From: an uncultured bacterium
Lineage (GTDB): Bacteria; Muiribacteriota; Ozemobacteria; Ozemobacterales; Ozemobacteraceae
Reading direction: 5' to 3'
Length of the DNA: 64,000 nt
Assembly: GCA_964472075.1 (NCBI GenBank)
Contig: CAYYIY010000001.1
Span: 150,670 to 214,669 of the forward strand
The translations under genes and the position numbers were made by a program. Under the pieces are notes generated by a model. That model was given only the letters and a program-made list of their open reading frames with translations. It was not told the origin of the DNA and ran no database searches. The first letter of the stretch is position 1. Every line of letters starts with the position of its first letter. Positions 27,172 to 36,186 of this stretch are shown piece by piece.

Positions 27172-27177
27172 TATAAT
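27172..27177 (+). promoter_or_regulatory. Candidate -10 box (TATAAT)
   Basis: Exact TATAAT lies 45 nt upstream of the ATG at 27223, which is preceded by GGAGG. No good -35 was found. Confidence 0.3.
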
Positions 27178-27222
27178 GAGAAATACAGTGCGGTACACAA
27201 CCGCATCTCTGGAGGTATTCGC

Positions 27223-29292
27223 ATGCATAGCATCATTCGGCGGGCCGGAACTCTGATTCCGGCGTTGCTGGTTGTTCTGCCGGTCACGTTGTTCGCCTGG
27301 GGACCGATGACGCATCTCACGGTCAATCAGCGAGCGTATGAACAAGCTGTGCGCGAGTTCGGCAATCATCTGGCGATTCCGCGCGAGCTGGCCGACGATT
27401 TCATCGGCGGCGGACCCTGCCCCGACATCAAGTCGCAGAGCGGCGCGTCATTTCCGTACAAGTTTCACAACGACCCCGATACGGTCGTACGCATGATCGA
27501 GCTGGCGAAAACCGACAGCCGCTTCGGGCAGGCCGACGTGGTCATGGCGCTCGGCTGGGCCGGTCATGTGTTCGGCGAAGTCTGGACCGCCCACGCCGAC
27601 GACGGCTACGCCAACAACAAGGTGACCATTCCGGTCGCGCAGAGTACCGGCATCAACCATCAGATCAACGAATTGTGCCTTGATCTGGTCATGTATCGAC
27701 GCAACCGCGAATCGCTGGCCCGCAAACACCTCGCCATTCCCGTCAGGCTGGTCGAAGCGGCGATGGCCGGAGAACGTGAGAAAGACCCCGAATCGAAGAT
27801 CATGACGGCTGCCGAGATCAAGGGCGCGGCGAGCAAGTTCCTGCCGACCGTCGTCGGCGTGCGGGTCATCGGCGAATATCTGATGCGCGAGCGCCCCGAC
27901 CTGCTCGATGAAATGGAAGAGTTTTTCAGCGACAGTGACGAGCAGATCAACAGCAGCGTCGACAACGTGCTGCGTCTGCTCAAAGAGCACGGCATGATGA
28001 ATGCGAAGAACGTGGTCAAGAGCCTCGATTCGCGCGAAAAAGTGAAGCTCGCGCTCGAAGGCAGTCTGTCGAGCAAGTTCAAAACCTGGGCGCTGTCAGC
28101 ACTCGGACGGGTTCTGCAAAACGACGGAGCCGGCGACATCTTCACCGTGCTGGCCTATCACATGGTCAAGGGCGCCCTGTTCACTCCGGCAACCCACGAT
28201 GTCTTTCTCGACAAGGCCAAGAGCATGGGCGCGGCCAGCGTCTGGGGCAACCCGAATCACAGCCGCATCGTCACCCGCTTTACCGAAGGTTTGCTCAGCC
28301 GCGGCGATCTGACGTTTCCCGAAATCATCGCCTGGGCCATGGAAGGCTTCGAAGCCGGAAATGCGGAAAAGCAGAAACAGCTGGCTCAGTTCAAGAAAGC
28401 CGGTCTGAATGCACGCGGCCGCAAGCCGGTTTCCTCCGGGCAGGTGCTCGAAGCCCTGAAGGAGGTCGAGCGGGTGGAAGCGCTTCAGCGCGAATGGCCG
28501 TGGTTCTGGCCGTGGCGACCAAGCGAACTGCGAGTGGCCCAGGCGCGGGAACACGCCGGTCGCCTGCTCGCCTATCATATCGAAGACAGCGGCCTGGCCG
28601 GAGCCGCCGGCCTGCGCCTGCAGGCGTTCCAGCAGAAGAATCAGCAGCTGCGCAGCGCGATCTGGTCGTATCGCATGACCGCCTGGTATCAACCCTTCAA
28701 AAAATGGGACCAGAACAAAAGCCTGGCCGAAATTTCCGCGAGCTACGGAGCGGAAAAAGCCTTCTTCGCTGAGCTGATGCGCGTGAAGATGCAACTCGAC
28801 GCTCAGGGCGACGACCCGGCGAAGCTTGCCGCTCTGCAAACCGATACGCAACAACGATTACGAGAAACCGAGTATGCGCTGCAGAACGCCAGGGCGCAGC
28901 TCGACAGCCTGCCGGTCTGGAACCTGATCAAGCGCGATCAGAAGAAGGACGAGATCAAGAAGCTCGAGCAACAGCGCCAGGATCTGCGCTCAAGACTCGA
29001 CGTGTTGCAGGCTCTGGCGGCCGGAACGCCCGCCGCCGCGACAACCGAATCGGGGTCTGCTGCAGCCGCGTCCAAGGCGCCTGACGTCGATCTCGAACTC
29101 GGACGCGGGGTGACGCTCGCCGATGCTCAGAAAAAGTACGAGTCAGCGTATGCCGAATATGCCGCCATTGCTGTGCAACCGAACAGCGATACCTCGACCG
29201 TGAAAGCAGCTCTCGAGCGTCTCGAACTTGCCCGAAAGATTCGCCAGTCGGTCATCGCCCGCCTCGAAGCCGAGAAAGCCGCCGGCAACTGA
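27223..29292 (+). CDS. Zinc-dependent phospholipase C / S1-P1 nuclease superfamily domain protein with long C-terminal coiled-coil
   Basis: After the signal peptide the mature N-terminus WGPMTHLTV resembles P1-nuclease WGALGHATV. FHNDPD and LGWAGHVFGEVWTAH match the His/Asp zinc-ligand motifs of the fold. The C-terminal ~300 aa are Q/A/L/R-rich heptad-like sequence. Confidence 0.6.
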   Translation: MHSIIRRAGTLIPALLVVLPVTLFAWGPMTHLTVNQRAYEQAVREFGNHLAIPRELADDFIGGGPCPDIKSQSGASFPYKFHNDPDTVVRMIELAKTDSRFGQADVVMALGWAGHVFGEVWTAHADDGYANNKVTIPVAQSTGINHQINELCLDLVMYRRNRESLARKHLAIPVRLVEAAMAGEREKDPESKIMTAAEIKGAASKFLPTVVGVRVIGEYLMRERPDLLDEMEEFFSDSDEQINSSVDNVLRLLKEHGMMNAKNVVKSLDSREKVKLALEGSLSSKFKTWALSALGRVLQNDGAGDIFTVLAYHMVKGALFTPATHDVFLDKAKSMGAASVWGNPNHSRIVTRFTEGLLSRGDLTFPEIIAWAMEGFEAGNAEKQKQLAQFKKAGLNARGRKPVSSGQVLEALKEVERVEALQREWPWFWPWRPSELRVAQAREHAGRLLAYHIEDSGLAGAAGLRLQAFQQKNQQLRSAIWSYRMTAWYQPFKKWDQNKSLAEISASYGAEKAFFAELMRVKMQLDAQGDDPAKLAALQTDTQQRLRETEYALQNARAQLDSLPVWNLIKRDQKKDEIKKLEQQRQDLRSRLDVLQALAAGTPAAATTESGSAAAASKAPDVDLELGRGVTLADAQKKYESAYAEYAAIAVQPNSDTSTVKAALERLELARKIRQSVIARLEAEKAAGN

Positions 29293-29325
29293 CCGGCGAT
29301 TCCAGACTACAAAATTTTCAGGTGG

Positions 29326-29365
29326 TCCCCCCGAAGCTGTCGGCTTCCGGGGGGATTCGCTTTTT
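29326..29365 (+). terminator. Rho-independent terminator after the PLC-like gene
   Basis: GC-rich hairpin CCCCCCGAAGC-tgtc-GGCTTCCGGGGGG, followed 6 nt later by TTTTT. Confidence 0.5.
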
Positions 29366-29470
29366 CAGAAATAGTACAGGCTAGCTGATCTCTGAATGTA
29401 GATGAAACGAGCCGATTCAGGCGAACCGATATCGCGACGCGATGGGGAAGCCGTACGATGAGTCGGTCAA

Positions 29471-30922
29471 TCAGCCTGCGTGATTAGGGCCTGGACAGAT
29501 GACCAGAAGTTCGTCTCCGACGGCCAGAACCCGTTTCTGAGGATTGATGAGCACTTCCTGATTCTGATCGCGCACACCGACCAGAATCGCACCGTTCGAC
29601 TTGAATAGATCAGGCAGTACATCGGAGATCGCCTTTCCGACATACTGAGGCGGCAACGGAATATAGCGAAGATTGTTGCCGGTCTTGGCGGTCAGCAGAT
29701 CTTTGAAGAACGGCTGCAGCCCGCGGGTCGAAGCCAGACGCGCCAGCAGGCGGCCCGAAACATCGCCCTGCACGACGACGTCGTCAACGCCACCCATCTT
29801 GAGATGGTCGATAAACTCGGGTTGGTAGATTTCCGCGCAGGTGTGAATGCCTTTGTTGAGACGTTCGATGGTCAGCGCGGCCAGAATGGTGCGCGCGTCG
29901 ATATCGCTGTGCGAGCGGCCTTTACCGGCTTCGGAAAGGATGATCGCCGTGCGCGCATGTGCCAGGTTAGCCTTGCGCAGCGTTTCGATGCGGGTAAAGT
30001 CTTCGCGCAGTATCTGAATGCGATTCAACGGCACATTAGCGGCACGCAACTCGTCGAGATCGACATGTTCGGAAACCAGCAGAAAATCAGCGTTGCTGAA
30101 ATCGTCGCTGGCCGCGAACTCTTCGACAAGAATGGCGACCTTGCTGCTGTAGCCGCAGATGACGACATGGCCGGAAAGATCTTCGGGGTTTTCGCTCTTG
30201 AGCATGGCGTTCTCCTTGAGTTTGTCGATCATGACGGCGGAAATCGTACCGGTAATCATGGCAAAGATACCCATCGCGAACAGCGACAGAATGACAAAGA
30301 CCAGCTTTCCGCCCAGCGAGCGCGGGTAGTCGGCATACTCTCCGGTAATCAGTGAAAACAGCGCCTTCCAGAACGCGTCTGAGTGACTCTGAAGAGGCGA
30401 GTCGGGGCCGACTTCATACTCGGCCAGCCCGACCGAACCAAAGACGAGCGCGAACAGCAGAATACCGAAGATCAGCAGATACTCAACCCAGCGATGCCCG
30501 AGAGCACTGCTGTACACGGCAAGACGACGCTGCATGATGGCGCCGAGTGAAAACACCCGTACCAGTCGCACCAGCAGAAAAATACGACTGAGTCGAAAGA
30601 TGCGAAACATGGGAATAACCGCGAGAATCTCGACCCAGTGCCCCGTGATGAATCGTTTCGTCGTCGGCGTGCAAAGCCAACGCAGCACCAGTTCCACGAG
30701 AAACAATACCAGAAGGGCATCATTTACCAGATGCACCCATTCGAGTGTTTCCGGTGTCGGGTTAAAGAACGCCTCAAAGACAAGGAGTCCGATCGAAATC
30801 AGAATCAGGAGCAGAATGAACGCGCCGAACCACGGATGATCGATGAGCGCCCGAATGCGCGGATACCGGCGACGTTCCTGATGGAAGGTTCCGTGGGCGG
30901 GCGAAGGCTGAACGGATTTCAT
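29471..30922 (-). CDS. Voltage-sensor-containing cation channel with RCK (TrkA-N/TrkA-C) cytoplasmic domains
   Basis: S4-like helix RIFRLSRIFLLVRLVRVF with Arg every third residue, a pore region ALFSLITGEYADYP, and C-terminal Rossmann VVICGYSSKV (RCK) plus TrkA-C-like regions. Confidence 0.7.
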   Translation of the reverse strand: MKSVQPSPAHGTFHQERRRYPRIRALIDHPWFGAFILLLILISIGLLVFEAFFNPTPETLEWVHLVNDALLVLFLVELVLRWLCTPTTKRFITGHWVEILAVIPMFRIFRLSRIFLLVRLVRVFSLGAIMQRRLAVYSSALGHRWVEYLLIFGILLFALVFGSVGLAEYEVGPDSPLQSHSDAFWKALFSLITGEYADYPRSLGGKLVFVILSLFAMGIFAMITGTISAVMIDKLKENAMLKSENPEDLSGHVVICGYSSKVAILVEEFAASDDFSNADFLLVSEHVDLDELRAANVPLNRIQILREDFTRIETLRKANLAHARTAIILSEAGKGRSHSDIDARTILAALTIERLNKGIHTCAEIYQPEFIDHLKMGGVDDVVVQGDVSGRLLARLASTRGLQPFFKDLLTAKTGNNLRYIPLPPQYVGKAISDVLPDLFKSNGAILVGVRDQNQEVLINPQKRVLAVGDELLVICPGPNHAG

Positions 30923-31015
30923 GCCCCGATTGTAACGAAACCCTTCAGAACCTGCAAACGAAAGTCCCGCAATAACTGCCGACGAGGGTTCGCGGCTGTC
31001 GTCGTATCAGACGAA

Positions 31016-31756
31016 TCAGGGTTCGCGGCGGCCGTCGTACCAGAAGGAACAGGCTTCACGGGTGCGCACGGCGAAGGGGAGAGAGAACACCATGCGTGCC
31101 AGTTGCGGAATCATCTCGTTCCAGGAATACAGTCTGAGTTTTCGCGACGAGGTGAGTTGGCGGGGCTTGTGAATGATGACAAACTGCCGGTTCGTCTTTC
31201 TGCCGAAAAGTCCGAGTTTGATACTGAAGCGAATCTCTTCTGACGCATAGAGCGCTTCGTCAAAACCACCGATGGCTCGAAATGCCGAGGCGTCGACGAA
31301 GAGAAACGCTCCGGCGCCGAGTCGCCACAGGCGGCTGCACCAGTTCCAGAGAGTTATCGACAGATTGCCGATCGGTGTCTTGTCCGGGAAACGCATCAAG
31401 GCCCCTCCGCCGATGACCTTGCCGCTTCTGATATGACGTGCCGTCGCCTGAAAGAGTCCGGGTGGCGGCTCTGAATCAGCATCGACGAAAATGAACCAGT
31501 CGCCCCTGGCCACACGGGCACCCGCATTACGCGCCGTACTGATTCGGTTCACCGGCTCAAAAACCACACGGGCGCCAAGTTTTTCTGCCACCTCACCAGT
31601 ACGGTCGGTCGAGTTGTTGTTGCAAACGACGATTTCAGATTCCCACCCGAGTAATGAAAACTGCGCTCGGGCGGTATCAACGGCCTTGAGACAGGCAGGC
31701 AACAGCCGCTCCTCGTTAAAAGCCGGAACGATAATCGAAATGAGCATGAGGCGCAA
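31016..31756 (-). CDS. Glycosyltransferase family 2
   Basis: ISIIVPAFNEERLL...VVCNNNSTDRT...FIFVDADSEP (DxD), GT-A fold motifs. Length is 246 aa. Confidence 0.8.
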   Translation of the reverse strand: MRLMLISIIVPAFNEERLLPACLKAVDTARAQFSLLGWESEIVVCNNNSTDRTGEVAEKLGARVVFEPVNRISTARNAGARVARGDWFIFVDADSEPPPGLFQATARHIRSGKVIGGGALMRFPDKTPIGNLSITLWNWCSRLWRLGAGAFLFVDASAFRAIGGFDEALYASEEIRFSIKLGLFGRKTNRQFVIIHKPRQLTSSRKLRLYSWNEMIPQLARMVFSLPFAVRTREACSFWYDGRREP

Positions 31757-31768
31757 AAACCTGCTGAT

Positions 31769-32836
31769 TCAGCGTTTCTTGCGGCGCGGACGAGGCTGTT
31801 CCTGACGAGCTTCGAGCCAGGCCAGCACCAGGTCGCGAGTGGCGATCAATCCCTTTTCATGCGTGCGTTCCATGCCGTGCGAAGCCGAAACGCCGGGCCC
31901 GATCAGGCCGACGCGAATGTTGCGACCGGCGCGCAGAGCGGCTGATCCGTCCGAGCCGTAATACGGAAAAACATCGATCTTGTGCGGAATCTTGCCCTCT
32001 TTTGCCAAAGTCACCAGTTCGCAACGCAGCTGATAATCGTACGGGCCGGTGGAATCCTTCGGGCAGATGGAGACCGAGAGTTCGTCACCATCGACCCGGT
32101 CCCCGACCACCCCCATGTCAACCACGAGCATCTCTTCGACCGAATCGGGGAACCCGGCACTCGCGCCATGGCCGACCTCTTCATAGTTCGAGAAGAAAAA
32201 GGCGACCGGCAGTTGTTCGAGTGTTTCACGCCCAAGCGTGAGAAAGGTATCGATCATGACGGCACACCCGGCGCGATCGTCGAGGAAACGCGATTTCACG
32301 AAACCGGTGTCCACATATTCGAACCTGGTGTCGAAGCAGATGAAATCGCCGATCTCGATGCCAAGGTCTCGGACATCCTTCTTCGAGTTGACGACGGCGT
32401 CCAGTCTGATATGCATGTTTTCCGGCTTGCGCTCGGTCTTTTCGGCATCACGATTGACATGCGCCGCCGGGTTATTGAGCAGCAGCGTGCCGCGAAACGT
32501 CTTGCCGGACATGGTATGAACCGTGACGTATTCCCCTTCGAACGAAGGCAACAGCGGCCCGCCGATCTTGGTGATCGCCAGCGTGCCGTCACCGTTGATC
32601 TGGCAGACCATGGCTCCAAGCGTATCGAGGTGACCTGCGATCAAATAGCGCGGCTGCGGATGCTGACCGACAAGCAGACCGCCCTTGAGCGTGCGCTCGG
32701 CGCGAATGCCCGCTTTGCCGGCAATCTCGGCGACATGCGCGACGACTTCATCGGTAAACCCCGACGGCCCCTGAACCTTCTGCAGTTCCCGTAAAATGCT
32801 GACGATTCGATTTTCCGCTGCGCTCTTGCGACCCAT
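31769..32836 (-). CDS. M42 family aminopeptidase (FrvX/YsdC-like)
   Basis: GPSGFTDEV...IAGHLDTLGAMV...GKTFRG...NYEEVGHGAS pattern of M42 peptidases. Start was placed at the internal MGRKS to give the typical ~355-aa length. Confidence 0.75.
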   Translation of the reverse strand: MGRKSAAENRIVSILRELQKVQGPSGFTDEVVAHVAEIAGKAGIRAERTLKGGLLVGQHPQPRYLIAGHLDTLGAMVCQINGDGTLAITKIGGPLLPSFEGEYVTVHTMSGKTFRGTLLLNNPAAHVNRDAEKTERKPENMHIRLDAVVNSKKDVRDLGIEIGDFICFDTRFEYVDTGFVKSRFLDDRAGCAVMIDTFLTLGRETLEQLPVAFFFSNYEEVGHGASAGFPDSVEEMLVVDMGVVGDRVDGDELSVSICPKDSTGPYDYQLRCELVTLAKEGKIPHKIDVFPYYGSDGSAALRAGRNIRVGLIGPGVSASHGMERTHEKGLIATRDLVLAWLEARQEQPRPRRKKR

Positions 32837-32913
32837 GTGTCTCTCCTCACGCGTGATTTCCGCCATGATATCATAAGCGCAGGAAGCGAATCTCGGTTGA
32901 AAGAGCTTGAACA

Positions 32914-33249
32914 ATGTCCGTCCTCTCTTCTCCAGCCTGGACTCTGACTCTAGCACTGACGGCCATCATTGAAGGTTTGACGTGCCTGTTTCGGTTCGGA
33001 TTCAGGCTCGAGTCGACGCGGGATACGGCATCGTGGGTGGCGCCGCTGACCTTCGGCATACGCATTCATCACGGGTATGTCGGGGTGTTGCTCTGCCTGG
33101 CTTCCTGGCTTCTGATACGACGAGAACCGGCGCGCCGAGCGACGCTGATTTGCGGAGCGGCCCTCGCGCTCTCAGATCTGATTCACCATTTCGTGGTTCT
33201 CTGGCTGGTAACCGGCGACCCGCAGTTCGATCTGTTCTATCCGCGCTGA
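32914..33249 (+). CDS. Small hydrophobic protein (111 aa), hypothetical
   Basis: ATG start and three predicted hydrophobic helices. It sits in the otherwise empty interval between the M42 peptidase gene and argF. Confidence 0.3.
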   Translation: MSVLSSPAWTLTLALTAIIEGLTCLFRFGFRLESTRDTASWVAPLTFGIRIHHGYVGVLLCLASWLLIRREPARRATLICGAALALSDLIHHFVVLWLVTGDPQFDLFYPR

Positions 33250-33410
33250 CACCGGCAATCAGGAGCATTTTCCGCGGAGAAGGGCCTTTGAAATCCTGCT
33301 CGCCGGGAGTTGCCAAAGTGCGCGGGGAATGCTATTCAAGAAGAGCTTCCGAGTGCGTGACATTCCGCCTGACGGAAGAACATACATCTGCTGGAAAGGA
33401 AGAATCCACC

Positions 33411-34391
33411 ATGAACGGCAACCTGCACGGTCGTCACCTCCTTACGCTCGAAGATTATTCCGCTGACGAAATCACGTATCTGCTCGACCTCTCGGCTGAG
33501 CTGAAGCGGCTGAAGAGAGTCGGTATCAAGCCCCGCAACCTCGAGGGCAAGAACATCGCCCTGATCTTCGAGAAGGCCTCGACCCGCACCCGCTGCGCGT
33601 TCGTGTGCGCTTGTTATGACGAGGGCGCTCACGCCGAATACCTCGGCAAAGACGATATTCAGCTCGGCAAGAAGGAAACCGTCGCCGACACGGCCCGCGT
33701 GCTTGGGCGCATGTTCGACGGTATCCAGTTCCGCGGCTTCAAGCATGAGACCGTCGAAGAGCTGGCCAAATACGCCGGCGTGCCGGTCTGGAACGGCCTG
33801 ACCGACAAGTTCCACCCGACCCAGGTGCTCGCCGACTTCCAGACGGTGCTGGAACAGTTCGGTCGGTTGAAGGGCATCACGTTCGCCTATGTCGGCGACG
33901 GCCGCAACAACATGGCCAACACGCTGTTGATCGGTGCCGCCAAGATGGGCATGGATTTCCGCATTGTCGCCCCGAAGAGCCTGATGCCCGAAGATCAGCT
34001 GGTCGCCAAGGCCAAGGAGTTCGCCAAGCAGAGCGGCGGCAAGGTCATGCTGACCGACGACGTGAAAGAAGGCGTGAAGGGCTGCGACGTGCTCTACACG
34101 GACGTCTGGGTGAGCATGGGCGAAGAGAAGGAATTCGACAAGCGCATCAAATTGCTGACCCCGTATCAGGTCAACATGAAGATGATCAAAGCGACGGGCA
34201 AGGACGACTGTATGTTCCTGCACTGCCTGCCTGCGTTTCACAACCATGACACGACGACCTCGAAAGACATCGGCGCGATGGAAGTCACCGACGAGGTCTT
34301 CGAGAGCCAGCACAGCCGCGTGTTCGATCAGGCCGAGAATCGACTGCACACGATCAAAGCCGTGATGGTGGCCACCATCGGCCAGAAGTAA
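33411..34391 (+). CDS. argF: Ornithine carbamoyltransferase
   Basis: STRTR carbamoyl-phosphate motif and HCLPA ornithine-binding motif. Length is 326 aa. RBS is GGAAAGGAAG. The upstream part of track ORF 32982..34391 is non-coding. Confidence 0.9.
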   Translation: MNGNLHGRHLLTLEDYSADEITYLLDLSAELKRLKRVGIKPRNLEGKNIALIFEKASTRTRCAFVCACYDEGAHAEYLGKDDIQLGKKETVADTARVLGRMFDGIQFRGFKHETVEELAKYAGVPVWNGLTDKFHPTQVLADFQTVLEQFGRLKGITFAYVGDGRNNMANTLLIGAAKMGMDFRIVAPKSLMPEDQLVAKAKEFAKQSGGKVMLTDDVKEGVKGCDVLYTDVWVSMGEEKEFDKRIKLLTPYQVNMKMIKATGKDDCMFLHCLPAFHNHDTTTSKDIGAMEVTDEVFESQHSRVFDQAENRLHTIKAVMVATIGQK

Positions 34392-34405
34392 GATTCACAT
34401 TCGGT

Positions 34406-34445
34406 AACCGCCGTCGAAAAGAGTTTTCGACGGCGGTTTTCTTTT
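34406..34445 (+). terminator. Rho-independent terminator of argF
   Basis: Perfect 15-bp stem AACCGCCGTCGAAAA-gag-TTTTCGACGGCGGTT, followed by TTTTCTTTT. Confidence 0.85.
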
Positions 34446-34457
34446 GGCGCGCGCGGG

Positions 34458-34465
34458 TGTACAAT
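34458..34465 (+). promoter_or_regulatory. Extended -10 element (TGTACAAT) for the M14 carboxypeptidase gene
   Basis: TGnTACAAT lies 35 nt upstream of the ATG at 34500, directly after the argF terminator. Confidence 0.4.
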
Positions 34466-34499
34466 GCAGAAGTTCCACTCTTGCTCGGGAGTTTACCTG

Positions 34500-35984
34500 A
34501 TGAAACGCCTTCATTCCCTGTTGATCCTGTTTCTCGTTGTTGCCGCAACACTGTCGGCCACGCCGCGCAGTCTCGTGCGTCTGACCGGTCTCGACCAGGT
34601 TGAGATGAAAGCCTTTCTCGAGGGTGACTTCGACGTCACTCGCACCGAACCAGGCATGATCGAAGTCGTGGTCTCGGAAAACGAGATCATGATGATCAAG
34701 AAGTCAGGAATGAAGATCAAAACGCTCATTCCCGACCTGGACGTCTATGTATCGCAACGCCTGGCTGAACAGACCGCCACGGCCAGTTATTACACCTACG
34801 ACACCATGGCCCGTCAGCTGCAGGACTGGGCGGCCCAATACCCCGAGATCACTCAGCTGAGCAGCATCGGCAAGAGCATTGAAGGGCGCGAGATCTGGGC
34901 ACTCAAGGTCAGCGACAACGCCGCCGTCGACGAAGCCGAACCCGCCTGCCTGTTGCTGGGCGGCACCCACGCGCGTGAATGGATCGGCGTCGAACTGACC
35001 ATGGCCTCATTGCGTGCCTACCTGGAAGGATACAGCAAAAAAGACGAACGCCTGACCCGCCTGATCAAAGAGCGCGAAGTGTGGTTCGTTCCCATGCTCA
35101 ACCCTGATGGAATCCATTTTTCACAGAATTCGCAGCGGTACTGGCGCAAGAACCGACGTCCGGTCGGCTCGAGCTTCGGCATCGACCTGAACCGGAACTT
35201 CGGCTACCAGTGGGGTCTGACCGGAGCCAGCGACAAGCCTTACAGCGATACCTATCATGGCGCCGAACCGTTCAGCGAACCGGAAACCCAGGCGGTGAAA
35301 GCGCTTGCCGAGCGCGAATGCTTCCAGACCAGCCTCGCGTTTCACAGTTATTCGGAACTGATTTTGTACCCGTTCGCTTATGCCTACAATGCGCCGAATC
35401 CAGATGTTGCCGTGTATAAAGACATCGGCGGGCAGATGGCGAAGTTCAACAAATACCGCGTGCAGAACTGCACCGAGCTGTACCCGGCCATGGGTATCTC
35501 TGACGACTGGCTCTACGGCGATCAGAAAACCATCGCTTTCACCTTCGAACTGGCGCGCGAATTCATTCCGCCCCCGCAGCAGATTGCCGCCATCAACGCG
35601 GTCAATGTTCCGGCCGTGCTGCTGATGATCGAAAAGACGGCGGCAATTGCCGTGAACACCCCAACGGGAAGCCCCGAGCGTTCGTTCACGCTCGATACCG
35701 TCGACGGCCTCGAAGCCCTGGCGATGGGTCAGCGCCTGATGCCTTCGGTTTCCGGCACCACTCGCGAACAGCTGGCCGCACGCCTGCAGACGACGGTTCG
35801 ACAGGTGGCCGTCGGAGCGGTCGAAGAAGCCCTGACGGGGAACCTCAACCCGCTGACACTCGTAAAACAGTCTGCGGCGTCGAGCTTGATCATGCCGCAT
35901 ATCCGCTCACGACTGCGGTTCGAAGCCTGCCATGGTCGGACAATTCCGACACCTCTTATGGAGACAATCTTCTCCAGCCGCTGA
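34500..35984 (+). CDS. Secreted M14 family zinc carboxypeptidase
   Basis: Signal peptide MKRLHSLLILFLVVAATLSA. HAREWIG zinc ligands, NPDG, HSYSELILYP and FTFEL match M14 motifs. Confidence 0.8.
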   Translation: MKRLHSLLILFLVVAATLSATPRSLVRLTGLDQVEMKAFLEGDFDVTRTEPGMIEVVVSENEIMMIKKSGMKIKTLIPDLDVYVSQRLAEQTATASYYTYDTMARQLQDWAAQYPEITQLSSIGKSIEGREIWALKVSDNAAVDEAEPACLLLGGTHAREWIGVELTMASLRAYLEGYSKKDERLTRLIKEREVWFVPMLNPDGIHFSQNSQRYWRKNRRPVGSSFGIDLNRNFGYQWGLTGASDKPYSDTYHGAEPFSEPETQAVKALAERECFQTSLAFHSYSELILYPFAYAYNAPNPDVAVYKDIGGQMAKFNKYRVQNCTELYPAMGISDDWLYGDQKTIAFTFELAREFIPPPQQIAAINAVNVPAVLLMIEKTAAIAVNTPTGSPERSFTLDTVDGLEALAMGQRLMPSVSGTTREQLAARLQTTVRQVAVGAVEEALTGNLNPLTLVKQSAASSLIMPHIRSRLRFEACHGRTIPTPLMETIFSSR

Positions 35985-36002
35985 TCAAACCCGGATGCAA
36001 GC

Positions 36003-36035
36003 AGGCGAAGTCGCACTCGGCTTCGCCTTTTTCCT
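36003..36035 (+). terminator. Rho-independent terminator after the M14 gene
   Basis: AGGCGAAG-tcgcactcgg-CTTCGCCT 8-bp stem followed by TTTTTCCTTCTC. Confidence 0.7.
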
Positions 36036-36186
36036 TCTCTGAGGCACCATGACAGCTTGAGTTTCGTTTGTCCGAGACAGGCATTCGATTTCTCACTCGT
36101 TCAACACTCATGCGCGTCAAACATCGACGGATCGATTCGCAGAGAGGCCATGCCGTGACGGTGCCGGTTTATGGTATGTTCGCCCC

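Noticed and set aside
33250-33410. ARG-box or riboswitch upstream of argF
   Set aside because: Only a partial TATTCAAG half-site was found. There is no dyad and no conserved structured leader.
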